A program made the position numbers and the translations under genes. A stretch of 64,000 nt of DNA from an uncultured Candidatus Saccharibacteria bacterium (lineage in GTDB: Bacteria; Patescibacteriota; Dojkabacteria; JAHIVN01). The notes under the pieces were generated by a model. That model saw nothing but the letters and a program-made list of their open reading frames with translations. It was not told where the DNA came from and ran no database searches. Shown here in pieces: positions 17,849 through 27,300 of this stretch (the stretch's first letter is position 1; every line of letters starts with the position of its first letter). The stretch lies in NCBI GenBank assembly GCA_964572065.1, contig CAZNER010000001.1, positions 504-64,503 on the forward strand. Reading direction: 5' to 3'.

Positions 17849-18014
17849 CCTTTTTCTCCATTTTAGACATAATATTAGGTACTTGCTTAATTGTTAAATT
17901 ATACAAATTTTTAGCCGTTTTCGCTATATATTTCTTTTGTTTCATTGGTATATTTTGAGAAAGATACAATAATGCCAAACAAATAACAATAGTTTTAGTA
18001 ATAAAAGAAAACAT
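17760..18014 (-). CDS. possible small membrane protein
   Basis: 84-aa ORF with an N-terminal TM segment. Its 3' third overlaps nrdJ and contains a promoter-like TTTGTATAAT, so its true extent is uncertain. Confidence 0.35.
   Translation of the reverse strand: MFSFITKTIVICLALLYLSQNIPMKQKKYIAKTAKNLYNLTIKQVPNIMSKMEKKDVKAKTVFRECKEGITEQIFDKRSFRKDN
17898..17907 (-). promoter_or_regulatory. promoter-like T-tract+GTATAAT element about 50 nt upstream of nrdJ
   Basis: Minus strand reads AAATTTGTATAATTTAACAA, followed by a leader with GGAGAAAAAGG and then the ATG at 17848. Confidence 0.35.
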
Positions 18015-18068
18015 TACTTCACCTCCTTATAATTATTTATTAATTAAATATACTATAATATTCATCTT

Positions 18069-19034
18069 TTATTTTATTAAAGTAGCAATTTTAGATTCAA
18101 CATTCAAACGGTTATCAAAATTAGGCAATTTTTGGGCGCTTCTCGTATAAGCATTTACAACATCATACATAGTTGTATCTTCAATTTTTTTATTTCGTTC
18201 CTGTATTTCAATGTCTAAAGATTGCAATACATCTTCTCCGAACTTCTGTGTAAAATTAAATTGTTTATTAATTTCAGCGATAATTTCTTTTGCTGGACGC
18301 TTAGTTATCTTATAATCCAGTTTAAAAAATTGAGAAAATAAATCATTATACAAATCGCCATTTAAAGGAAATATTTGACTAAGTTGTTCTTCAATAGAAA
18401 TACCCTCTTTTTTGTTTCGATGTATCCGATTAATTAACCGATTACTTGTGTCCGCGATTACTAATCCATTACTACAAACTTGTCTCCAAATAACTGGAGA
18501 AATAAACAACCTTGAAGAACCTACCTCAGAATTTATTACCTGAATACCCGCTTTCACTACATCATTTTTGTAATCTTTTAAAGTTTTAGTAATATCCGGA
18601 AAAACCAAACGCAAATATAATTTTTCATTAGTTAATATAAAAGCATCTACTTTACTTTTAGTTGCTACCGCCTCTATGCCTTCTATTAGAGATGTATTAG
18701 CGACAGGAACGTGTTTATCTGTAACAATCCCTATAACTCCGTCGTCCTGATGCAATTTCAACCTTAATTGTTTATCTCGAAACTGTTCGCGGCTTTTCCA
18801 ATAATCTACTTGCTGTATAGCCATATCATTAGGTAATCTATTATAATAGCCAAGAGGTATACGCAACTTATCGCACAACTGAAAAACTCCATGATCAGAA
18901 AGAGGTAATATTTTTCGTTGTACACACATTTGATACTGATCAGACATTTCTAAATCTGCTGTGGCAATAGAAACATCTTCCCTTTTGTTATGCCAATCTT
19001 GTACTTGAGTTTTAATGGTTTCAAAAGTTTCCAT
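18069..19034 (-). CDS. DUF932-like (phage/plasmid-related) protein
   Basis: 321-aa ORF. The central stretch NSEVGSSRLFISPVIWRQVCSNGLV resembles the conserved DUF932 core (by eye). Confidence 0.5.
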   Translation of the reverse strand: METFETIKTQVQDWHNKREDVSIATADLEMSDQYQMCVQRKILPLSDHGVFQLCDKLRIPLGYYNRLPNDMAIQQVDYWKSREQFRDKQLRLKLHQDDGVIGIVTDKHVPVANTSLIEGIEAVATKSKVDAFILTNEKLYLRLVFPDITKTLKDYKNDVVKAGIQVINSEVGSSRLFISPVIWRQVCSNGLVIADTSNRLINRIHRNKKEGISIEEQLSQIFPLNGDLYNDLFSQFFKLDYKITKRPAKEIIAEINKQFNFTQKFGEDVLQSLDIEIQERNKKIEDTTMYDVVNAYTRSAQKLPNFDNRLNVESKIATLIK

Positions 19035-19084
19035 TTTTCCTCTCCTTTGTTTAATGTTTAAAATTGGTTTTTAATTCTATTAAT

Positions 19085-19113
19085 AATATAGTATCTTTTT
19101 CCGCAAAAGCCAA
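19085..19113 (-). promoter_or_regulatory. sigma70-type promoter (TTGGCT-17 nt-TATATT)
   Basis: Minus strand reads TTGGCTTTTGCGGAAAAAGATACTATATT, preceded by an A-tract. Near-identical architecture at 41935..41963. Confidence 0.5.
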
Positions 19114-19196
19114 GCTTTTTTTTAATATTTTTTAACATTTTATTTAAACGATTAAATGGATTTTTTAGTTAAAAAATAAGAATTTTTATATTATTA

Positions 19197-19212
19197 CTAT
19201 AATAATATACAA
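19197..19212. repeat. 16-nt exact repeat (copy 2)
   Basis: ctataataatatacaa is identical to 2043..2058. Confidence 0.8.
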
Positions 19213-19237
19213 TATTTAAACACAGAATTTTAAGAAA

Positions 19238-20128
19238 TTACCGGGAATTGGGTTGTGAAGAATTTTGAGGAAGTTTAGATATATCATTACCTAGAATATC
19301 AAAAACCTGACCTACATTCAATAATAAAGCCTTTTTTAAACTTAAATCTTTTACATTGGATTCTAAAACATCAAAAATTTTAGATTGTACAAGTTCTATA
19401 TTAGAAACTATGTTATTCAAAATAACTAAATTAATATTTGGTTGTTTAGCTTTTACTTCCCTATCTAAATTTTTATGCAATCCACACTCTATATCATTTG
19501 CAAAATCTTTAGTTAACCGTAACCAATTTAATAATTGTTCATAAACATCCCCTTTTAATATTCTTGCTTTATCTTTATTGTTTTCAATTTTAGCGTTTTG
19601 TAGTTCTTCAATTAAATCTTGAATTACAATTTCATTTATAAAATCTAGTTTTTGAGCTTTTTCTGCTTGTAATAACCTTATCTTATCATTTTCTTCTTTT
19701 TCTTTATGTCTAATATCTGTAGCTAACTTATCAAATTGTATTTGTTGTTTGTGTCCATCATCTACTTCCTGTTGATTACCTATAGAACCTTTTATTAATA
19801 ATTGTTCCGTATCAGAACGTTGATTCATTGAAAAATGTCTTATATGTTTATTTATTTTATCCGCCGTCAATCCGGGAATAAATGGTTTATATTTTTTTAA
19901 TAAAACTTTTTTCTTCATTTTTTTTATAAAAAAGTCTTTAGTTAAATTTATACCATACTTATGATTACAAATAAGACAACCCCTATTATAACCTGGTAAT
20001 TCTTCTGCTTGTAGCAATCTACTCTTATGTCCCAAACATTTAGCTTCATGACGAGAGCGACCGCCTTCGCTTTTAAACGTTCTACCACAACCTTTTCTAC
20101 AGGGCAATTTTTTATCAAAAATACTCAT
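19238..20128 (-). CDS. zinc-finger-containing hypothetical protein
   Basis: 296-aa ORF with N-terminal CRKGCGRTFKSEGGRSRHEAKC and CLIC. No SD. The ATG lies 8 nt after a TATATT hexamer. Confidence 0.55.
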   Translation of the reverse strand: MSIFDKKLPCRKGCGRTFKSEGGRSRHEAKCLGHKSRLLQAEELPGYNRGCLICNHKYGINLTKDFFIKKMKKKVLLKKYKPFIPGLTADKINKHIRHFSMNQRSDTEQLLIKGSIGNQQEVDDGHKQQIQFDKLATDIRHKEKEENDKIRLLQAEKAQKLDFINEIVIQDLIEELQNAKIENNKDKARILKGDVYEQLLNWLRLTKDFANDIECGLHKNLDREVKAKQPNINLVILNNIVSNIELVQSKIFDVLESNVKDLSLKKALLLNVGQVFDILGNDISKLPQNSSQPNSR

Positions 20129-20142
20129 AATAAATAAATATA

Positions 20143-20175
20143 CAAAAAAACAGGCCTTATTAATATAAGACCTGT
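20143..20175 (-). terminator. Rho-independent terminator directly abutting a promoter-like motif
   Basis: 11-bp stem (20150..20160 / 20165..20175) with a pair that is G-U only in the minus-strand RNA. Loop ATTA. Followed by TTTTTTT on the minus strand. Confidence 0.65.
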
Positions 20176-20199
20176 ATATAAAATGTAGTAAAAACTAAA

Positions 20200-22458
20200 T
20201 TATGCAATCGAAGCAGCTAAAGCTAATTCTTCTGTTTCTGCTTCTTCCATCCAATCTTCAATTTGAAAACCTTCAGACAGTAAAGAAGTAATAGCATTTA
20301 CAGTATCAGATAATGATTCAGTAACTTCCAATAATTGATTAGTTACCAATTCCATATCTTCTAATTGAGCAAAAACCGATTGCATTTTCTTTCTTGGCTT
20401 CGGTTGTTTAGGTATGGGCGTTACAAAAAATTCTACCCTATTTTTAAGTGATCGCATTTTCTGGTATAATTCTTCAATGCGACTTGCAGCATCTGGATAT
20501 TCTTCTTTTAATCTTTCTTTAAAATCTGTAACTTTAACAGATTGTGACCTCTCTATTTTTTCTAATATACCATAAATTTGATCTTTATACCTTAAAAACT
20601 TATCTTCAGAACTTCTTACATTCTTTGCAATAATAGACCATTTATTTAATAAATCCTGTTCTAAGTTAGGAATGTTTTTTTCCTTTCTCATAGCTTGTAC
20701 TTTTTCCATTACCTCCATTTGCATCTTTTGTGTTTCAGCAGTAAAGGTATTTAAAGTACTCTGTATTTGATCTACATTTTCAATTAACGTTTGTATCTCT
20801 GGACTGAATTCTTTAACGGGATAAGGCACTTCTAAACCTCGTGGCGGTTTAGTACGTTGTTTCGGAGGCCGGCTTAATTCTGGGGGCAAAGTTTCTTCTT
20901 CCCCTTCAGCTTTTTTATGTAAACGGTCCATTATAAAAGAATAAGCTGTAGGTTGTGCCGCTTTCATTACCTCTTTAATAGCCTTAATAATATCATCTCT
21001 ACGCATTCTGTATATTTGTTCAATTTCAAAAGGTACTGGAGCTACTCGATACTTAACCATATCAATTAATATAGTACGCAATTCTGAATCCGGTTTATCT
21101 TTTAAATTTAAAGTATCTACATTAAGATCTTCTGTAGCTTTTTTTGGAAACTTTTGATTTTGTATTTTATCTTTATCAATACTTTCCCACGGTGGATACT
21201 CAGGCCGTTCCCACCTTTCCATTCGATCTTCTTTACTTGGGTCATTACTTTCATCTACCCTCTTAGTATAATCCGGAAATTCTTGTAAACCTACCTCTAC
21301 TTCATCAGAATTCCTTCTTGGTATATTAGTATTCAAATCTCTCTTATTTGGTTCTTCAGTATGTAACTGGTCTTTGACATATTCCTTATCCCAATTTTCT
21401 CCCGCTACTTTACTTGTCTTAACTTTTACTACATCCTGTTGTTCTATATAATCATTAGCCATAAAAAGCTCTTCGCCAGTCATGGGATCCGTAACTTTAT
21501 ATCCCGAATCTAATACTTCTTTAACTTCTACTGGCTGCTCTCCTGGGGCTAAAGATTCAATAACTGTATCCCCAGGTTCAAAAGCTCTACGTATCAATTT
21601 CTTTTCTCTTTCCCCTAAAACTTTAAAACGCATAGGATCCAAGTCTCTCATGATAGTAGGTACGTGCGGATTAGTATTAGTATACCTAGGTATATCAACT
21701 TCTACTGGATCAAAAGTTTTACCCAAAGATAGTGCTTGAACAGCTTCTTTTGTAAATGGTACCATAGAATTTTTTGTCGTGGCAAAAGTCCTTGGCAATA
21801 TAAATCGTCCTGTACCTGGATGAAAACCTATAGAAGCTGTGACTGTTTGTCTTAAATCATTATTGTCTATATAATCAATCACAAAATCTGCCCTAACAAT
21901 ATTAGAATCTGTTTTATCTCTATAAGATTTTAAATAACGAAGTTGATTTCCAAACATTCCATTTTTTGTAGCATGTTTAGATAATTCATGAGCCATATGT
22001 TGAGCGGCTACTTTATCTACTATACTATTCGTTTGATTAATAGTATTAACAGACTTTGGGATTTGTTGTAAATAAGAATGCTTATATAACGATTTTTTTG
22101 AAGATAAATTTCTTAAATAACTTTCAGGTATGCTCAATAAACCAACAGGAAAGGAAACCGTCCACGCAGTTCCCGTTTTAGATTGTAATTTTCCAGTATG
22201 CTGATTCTTATAAACTTTGTTAATAAGCTCTGCATCAGAAGAAGATAAATTATGGACATCAGGAACTTTTGAAATTTTTACAAGATCCCCAGCAGCAAAA
22301 GTTTTTCTACTAAATGAAACAAATTGATCAGTATTATTAGTCTTTTGTTGTGATTCTATATTTGCCGCTTTAGTAACTATTTGGGTATTTAACCAAATAG
22401 GTAATTGAACCCCTTTTTCAGATAAACCCCTAAAAATATTTTGTAAAATCATACCCAT
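20200..22458 (-). CDS. large hypothetical protein
   Basis: 752-aa ORF with no motif recognised. Confidence 0.6.
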   Translation of the reverse strand: MGMILQNIFRGLSEKGVQLPIWLNTQIVTKAANIESQQKTNNTDQFVSFSRKTFAAGDLVKISKVPDVHNLSSSDAELINKVYKNQHTGKLQSKTGTAWTVSFPVGLLSIPESYLRNLSSKKSLYKHSYLQQIPKSVNTINQTNSIVDKVAAQHMAHELSKHATKNGMFGNQLRYLKSYRDKTDSNIVRADFVIDYIDNNDLRQTVTASIGFHPGTGRFILPRTFATTKNSMVPFTKEAVQALSLGKTFDPVEVDIPRYTNTNPHVPTIMRDLDPMRFKVLGEREKKLIRRAFEPGDTVIESLAPGEQPVEVKEVLDSGYKVTDPMTGEELFMANDYIEQQDVVKVKTSKVAGENWDKEYVKDQLHTEEPNKRDLNTNIPRRNSDEVEVGLQEFPDYTKRVDESNDPSKEDRMERWERPEYPPWESIDKDKIQNQKFPKKATEDLNVDTLNLKDKPDSELRTILIDMVKYRVAPVPFEIEQIYRMRRDDIIKAIKEVMKAAQPTAYSFIMDRLHKKAEGEEETLPPELSRPPKQRTKPPRGLEVPYPVKEFSPEIQTLIENVDQIQSTLNTFTAETQKMQMEVMEKVQAMRKEKNIPNLEQDLLNKWSIIAKNVRSSEDKFLRYKDQIYGILEKIERSQSVKVTDFKERLKEEYPDAASRIEELYQKMRSLKNRVEFFVTPIPKQPKPRKKMQSVFAQLEDMELVTNQLLEVTESLSDTVNAITSLLSEGFQIEDWMEEAETEELALAASIA

Positions 22459-22480
22459 TATACTTTACCTCCATATTTAT

Positions 22481-24199
22481 TTAAAAAGTCACTGGAATTT
22501 CTTCTTCTAAATCCTCAGGCCTTTTAGAGACTGTAATGTCTACTTTAGTACCATCTTGTTCCATAACAAAAGTTTGCTCTCCTTCTTCTGTTGGCGTTTC
22601 CTCAACAGCGGCAGCAGCTTCATATTCTTCATCGGGCATTGTTTCTTCTAAATTTTCTTCTTCATTTGTAAAATCTTCTTGCTCTTCTTTTGATTGATCT
22701 TCTTTATCTGGGGAATCTACAATCCAACTCATAGGATTAACGTCTTGACCTTGATTAGTAGGAGAAATGCTTCTAACATCGGCTGCTTGTTTCATATCAA
22801 TAATATCTTCAATCACTGCTGAAACTTTTTTATCTTGAGCTATTTTTTCTTGTTGTATACTTTTAAAAGCTCTTTGTTCCTGTCGAATGCGTTCTCTTTC
22901 TTGAGCCCTTAAATCCTCGAATACTCTTTCATTCCTTAATTGTACCCAAAGTTTTCTAAATTCTTCTTGAGACAATTCACCTGAATTATAATCTTGGTTT
23001 ATAATATCTTGAGCTTTTTGATATTCTTCTTCTACCCCAGTATAGTAATTAACACCTTTATAAATAAAAGCTCTTTTTCTAGAAGATTCTAGATCAGGTA
23101 ACTGTCCTCCTCCCGTTATTGAATCTCCTAATTCTCTTGCTTTATCTTCTAATTCAGATTCTAATTCTGGTCTGTTTTTTAATTCGACAGAGGCTTGTTG
23201 TAAAGCTTTTAATTCTGATAAACCCGGATTCTCATCTTTAAGTTCTATTGCTCTCATAACAACACCTAAACTGTTAGTCCATTTACCAAGAAATTCTTGT
23301 GGACTTTTTACTTTAGTAAACTCATTCATGAAATGTCCAGCCCAGTCTTTTGCGCTACTACTTATAGTATTAAGTTGTTGTGCTTCATTTATGGCTTCTT
23401 CTAGAAATTGGATAATTTTTTCATCGACAGCTTTTTTTCTAGAAGCAGTTCTAGGTAATATATTTGGAATAATACCCTTTTTTGCTGTCTCATATAAAAA
23501 GTCTGCCAATCCTCCTTCTGCAAGTACTGGATCAGAAGACGTTATTAAATCAATTTTTTCTTGTCTCGATTTAGCTTGTGAGCGTTCTTCTTCTACACCA
23601 TAATCACTAGGAACAAACCAAGTATCCCATTCTGATAATAAAGAATCAAGCTGTTCCTCAGATAATTTAGAAAGACCATTCCTGACTGTAGTCATAAAAT
23701 TATCTATAATATCAACACCCTTTACTTCTTTTCCGCCGTTTCTTAATTGTTTCCAAACATATTTAACTAAATTTAAAGCTTGTGCCAATTTATTCCTATT
23801 TTCTGAATCCTTAATTGTTTGTTTCAATATATTAAAATCATCAGGTAAAGCATATACAATTGTTTGATAAGTAAAAACTTTTCGAGGCAATTTATCTCTT
23901 ACTTTAGTAGAAGCTTTTCTTACAATACTGCCATTACCATCCATTTCAACAACAATCCATTGCTCTCCATCTACATCAGCCAAAGACCAAATAGATCCAT
24001 AATCATCTCCCGAGAGTTTTTGAAATTTATTACTACCAATATTTTTAAAAGCTTTTTTATTCTTTATAGAAGCTATTTTTTTTATACTTGTTTTATTGTT
24101 TTGTACTAATTGATTTCCCAACCTTTGTAATTGTTTTTGCAATTCTGTATTAACAGGACTATTATAACCCCTTACAGAACTAGATCTCGGCATTAACAT
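22481..24199 (-). CDS. large hypothetical protein with acidic C-terminus
   Basis: 572-aa ORF with AAGGAGGAA upstream. Confidence 0.6.
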   Translation of the reverse strand: MLMPRSSSVRGYNSPVNTELQKQLQRLGNQLVQNNKTSIKKIASIKNKKAFKNIGSNKFQKLSGDDYGSIWSLADVDGEQWIVVEMDGNGSIVRKASTKVRDKLPRKVFTYQTIVYALPDDFNILKQTIKDSENRNKLAQALNLVKYVWKQLRNGGKEVKGVDIIDNFMTTVRNGLSKLSEEQLDSLLSEWDTWFVPSDYGVEEERSQAKSRQEKIDLITSSDPVLAEGGLADFLYETAKKGIIPNILPRTASRKKAVDEKIIQFLEEAINEAQQLNTISSSAKDWAGHFMNEFTKVKSPQEFLGKWTNSLGVVMRAIELKDENPGLSELKALQQASVELKNRPELESELEDKARELGDSITGGGQLPDLESSRKRAFIYKGVNYYTGVEEEYQKAQDIINQDYNSGELSQEEFRKLWVQLRNERVFEDLRAQERERIRQEQRAFKSIQQEKIAQDKKVSAVIEDIIDMKQAADVRSISPTNQGQDVNPMSWIVDSPDKEDQSKEEQEDFTNEEENLEETMPDEEYEAAAAVEETPTEEGEQTFVMEQDGTKVDITVSKRPEDLEEEIPVTF

Positions 24200-24338
24200 C
24201 TTTATTCCTCCTTAAAGAATAACATTTAGGACAGGCAATTTTATTTTCAATCCTTTTTATAATGGTAGTAGGCTTACCACAAAATTCGCACTTTTTAGTA
24301 GTACTGGCAGATTGGCAACTAGTCCGTTTAGTAAGCAT
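24180..24338 (-). CDS. unannotated 52-aa zinc-ribbon ORF
   Basis: MLTKRTSCQSASTTKKCEFCGKPTTIIKRIENKIACPKCYSLRRNKDVNAEI with no internal stops. No SD. A TATATA hexamer lies 5 nt upstream of the ATG. Confidence 0.4.
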   Translation of the reverse strand: MLTKRTSCQSASTTKKCEFCGKPTTIIKRIENKIACPKCYSLRRNKDVNAEI

Positions 24339-24417
24339 AAAGATATATAGTAAATTTTTTAGGATTATTTTATATAATAGAAATAGTGCGGGAAAGACAG
24401 AAAATCAACAAAAAATA

Positions 24418-24651
24418 TTAATCTTTTGTCTTTAAACCGAGTAATTTATCAGCAGAAACTTGTAATAAAAGACAAAGTCTTTTAAAAGTTTTTAATGTGG
24501 GCCAAGCTTTATTATTTTCATATTGAGAAAATAACCCTTTAGTTTTACCAAAAGCTGTTTCAATACCGTGTAAAGTTCCAAATCTTTCTTTGCGTTTTTG
24601 TTTTAAAAGATGGGTATCTAAAACTTGATCTTGTAATCTATCAGTAATCAT
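24418..24651 (-). CDS. XRE-type helix-turn-helix protein
   Basis: The start is trimmed to the ATG at 24651 (ATGA overlap with the RuvC stop, AAGGAG upstream). HTH-like stretch KTFKRLCLLLQVSADKLLGL. Confidence 0.6.
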   Translation of the reverse strand: MITDRLQDQVLDTHLLKQKRKERFGTLHGIETAFGKTKGLFSQYENNKAWPTLKTFKRLCLLLQVSADKLLGLKTKD

Positions 24652-25172
24652 AAATCTCCTTGAAATTTGCCGATACGCCATTGATCTAAAAACCAAGCTC
24701 CAATACCAATAGCATCAGCAGTGTTATTATCTTTCATTTTTAATTTCAACGAAAAAGCATTATTAATACGCATTATTGTCTGTTTTTTGGATCTATTCCT
24801 TCCTTGCCACTGTACTGGTTTTACAAGATATACATATTTTGGATCGCAAAAATAAGTACAAGCAAAAATAATACCGCCCACAGTATATTGTACTAACATT
24901 ATAGATTCTGGATTTGTCCTATTTTGTTTGCCGGTATAATGATAAAATTGGGATTCTATAATAATTTTTGGTTCCTTATATTGATACTTTTCAATAAAAT
25001 GTTGTACATTAGAACCCATATATTGGACTTTCTTTGCTGCGCCTTTTTCTTTATAAACAAAAGTAGTATAGTCTTTTAACTTACCTTTATCGAAAAAAGC
25101 TATACCAGTAGCAGTACTAGACGGATCAATACTAAATAAATTAATAGGTACGGCTGTATATTTAAAAGCCAT
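24648..25172 (-). CDS. ruvC: RuvC-like Holliday junction resolvase
   Basis: RNaseH-fold acidic residues in the expected order: SIDPSSTATGIAFF, IIIESQF, NNTADAIGIG. Confidence 0.65.
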   Translation of the reverse strand: MAFKYTAVPINLFSIDPSSTATGIAFFDKGKLKDYTTFVYKEKGAAKKVQYMGSNVQHFIEKYQYKEPKIIIESQFYHYTGKQNRTNPESIMLVQYTVGGIIFACTYFCDPKYVYLVKPVQWQGRNRSKKQTIMRINNAFSLKLKMKDNNTADAIGIGAWFLDQWRIGKFQGDL

Positions 25173-25173
25173 T

Positions 25174-25815
25174 TCATACCTCTTTCACTACAGAAACATT
25201 GTCAATTAAACTTACAGAAAGATGTTTGTGTCCCATAGCTGCTATATCTCTATTGTGTGTTATATAAATTATTTGTTTTTTATTCCGTTCAGCAAAAGTC
25301 CTAACAAACTTGGCAAAAGCCAATACATAGTCTTTAGATATAAATTTACCTACTTCATCAAAACAAATAGGACCAAAACGACCCTCTAATTTTTCAAAAG
25401 CTAACGTTAAGGCTAACTTTAAAGTGGTAGCAACTATATCCAACATGCCTCCTCCGTATGTATCTTTTAAATCCCCTTTCATAGATTCGCCATTTATTAA
25501 AATACCAAATTCTACTTCGGACTGTCCCCGTCTTGATACAAAATTTACCATAAATTTAATAGTATCATCTTGGAAAATAGTTTGTAAAGCCATAGTAACC
25601 AAATCATTAATTTTTTCTTGTAATTCCTGCCTCGAACCGGCAATAGCTACTTCTAGTACTTCGTGACAGGCTACCAAATCTTGCAATAAAGTATTAGATA
25701 TAGATTTTTGCGTCTTTAATTCGACAATTCTTCGTTCTTTCTCTTCTTTAATACCTTTAATTCGAGAAAGCTCAAGTAATGTCACTTGAATTCTATTTTT
25801 TAATTCTTCATTCAT
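25174..25815 (-). CDS. sbcC: SbcC/Rad50-like C-terminal ATPase half
   Basis: Coiled-coil N-terminus, then a signature-like YGGGMLDI, Walker B ICFDEV and H-loop YITHN. Lacks a Walker A. Confidence 0.6.
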   Translation of the reverse strand: MNEELKNRIQVTLLELSRIKGIKEEKERRIVELKTQKSISNTLLQDLVACHEVLEVAIAGSRQELQEKINDLVTMALQTIFQDDTIKFMVNFVSRRGQSEVEFGILINGESMKGDLKDTYGGGMLDIVATTLKLALTLAFEKLEGRFGPICFDEVGKFISKDYVLAFAKFVRTFAERNKKQIIYITHNRDIAAMGHKHLSVSLIDNVSVVKEV

Positions 25816-26077
25816 TAGTTTTTATATTTTGTAATTGTGTTTCTACTTTCTGTAAAGCAGTTTCTACTTCTTTAGTAATTTTTACGCATTCTGTATCTAT
25901 GTCTTGCAATCGTTGTTTAACCTCCTGACTATTATTAAAACCTTTTTCCTTTATGGCTTTAATATAACCCTCTTTTTCCCCTTCAAGTTGAGATAACTTT
26001 CTTTCTATTTGTTGTTTTTTCTCATCCAATTGTTTTTTCTTTTCTTTAATTTCTTGTATTTGTTGCTGATTAATCAT
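25808..26077 (-). CDS. coiled-coil protein
   Basis: 89-aa ORF, heptad-like and E/K/Q-rich throughout. Confidence 0.45.
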   Translation of the reverse strand: MINQQQIQEIKEKKKQLDEKKQQIERKLSQLEGEKEGYIKAIKEKGFNNSQEVKQRLQDIDTECVKITKEVETALQKVETQLQNIKTNE

Positions 26078-26256
26078 AAACGCTCCTTTAATATATTTTT
26101 ATAATTACGCAACTTAACTAGCGGCCTTCTACATTTTTTTATTTGCTCAAATAAAAAAGTAAAAACATATAAAAAAAACAATACTAAACTACTCCAAATA
26201 TTATAAATACTAACTATTATAAAATACTTTATTGAAGAAAACATAACAATTACCAT
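26074..26256 (-). CDS. possible small membrane protein
   Basis: 60-aa hydrophobic ORF. Confidence 0.3.
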   Translation of the reverse strand: MVIVMFSSIKYFIIVSIYNIWSSLVLFFLYVFTFLFEQIKKCRRPLVKLRNYKNILKERL

Positions 26257-26265
26257 AAAAATTTA

Positions 26266-27300
26266 TTAACTAGATATTTTATTAATAAGTTCTTTTAATA
26301 AAACATGAACCTTATCATTTTTTTTTAAATCTTTTGCTACAAATAAAGCTTTATCCAAAGGGCTAGCTACTTCAAAATGTTGTATAGCCTCATTCATTCT
26401 GTCAATACAAGCCGAAGTTTTAGCATTTAATTCTATTTCTGTAGTTGTATTTTCTTGTTCAATAAAAACATCAGAAACTACAGATTTTAAATATATTTCT
26501 TGTATACTAATACCCCAGTCTTTTAATATTGTTAATACCGCACATTTAGGTTTTCTTTCTGTTTTGGTAAGTCTACTAATAGCTCCAGGATTACAAAATA
26601 ATATATCTTTTCCATCTCTCTTGCTATGTTGAAAAGTATTAGTTTCTATAAATTGTGCTTTATTATCTTTTACATTTATAACTTCAGTTTTATATCCAGG
26701 ATGATAATGGCCCGACAATATACAATCAAAAGAAGTAACTTTAGCTACATCTGAAAGTAATGTAAAATCGCAAAAAGGAAAAGGCTTATCCAATAACATA
26801 CTATGATATACCCCTATTTTATATATAGCAGTATCTTTACTTTTTTCTTTATATACATTTAAATTTTTATCCATATCTATACTATGATTAAAACCCGTAA
26901 TAGAAACGAGACTTTTATTTTCAGTACCCCGTACTATAGGACAAATAAACTCTTTTAAAGATTTAAGAACCCCAGATTGTATTAAATTACCTATAGCAGT
27001 TCTTGGTAATGTGGTTAAATTGTAGCCATCATAATCATGGGATCCAATAATTGTAAAAATAGGTGCTCGATAACCCTTAAAAATAGAAATAAGTTTATTT
27101 GTTACAGAATATGCAGGATCATATAAATCAAATAAATCACCGCCACATAAAAAACAATCTACTTTTAAAGTATTACCTATTTCTCCTACTTCTGTAAGTT
27201 TCTTACATATAGCTTCCAAATAATTATCTTTTCGAGATTTTGGATTAACACCCTTTAAATGTATATCTGTAAAATAAAGAATTTTCATATAATCACTCAA
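26266..27300 (-). CDS. sbcD: SbcD/Mre11-like nuclease
   Basis: Calcineurin-like phosphoesterase motifs FTDIHL, GGDLFD, GSHD and GHYH. The start may be the ATG at 27288. Confidence 0.85.
   Translation of the reverse strand: MSDYMKILYFTDIHLKGVNPKSRKDNYLEAICKKLTEVGEIGNTLKVDCFLCGGDLFDLYDPAYSVTNKLISIFKGYRAPIFTIIGSHDYDGYNLTTLPRTAIGNLIQSGVLKSLKEFICPIVRGTENKSLVSITGFNHSIDMDKNLNVYKEKSKDTAIYKIGVYHSMLLDKPFPFCDFTLLSDVAKVTSFDCILSGHYHPGYKTEVINVKDNKAQFIETNTFQHSKRDGKDILFCNPGAISRLTKTERKPKCAVLTILKDWGISIQEIYLKSVVSDVFIEQENTTTEIELNAKTSACIDRMNEAIQHFEVASPLDKALFVAKDLKKNDKVHVLLKELINKISS

Noticed and set aside
19101-19122. Small hairpin AAAAGC-CAA-GCTTTT followed by a T-run on the plus strand, considered as a terminator.
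   Set aside because: The orientation is wrong for the minus-strand genes, the stem is short (6 bp), and the sequence is better explained as the -35 region and UP-like A-tract of the 19085..19113 promoter.
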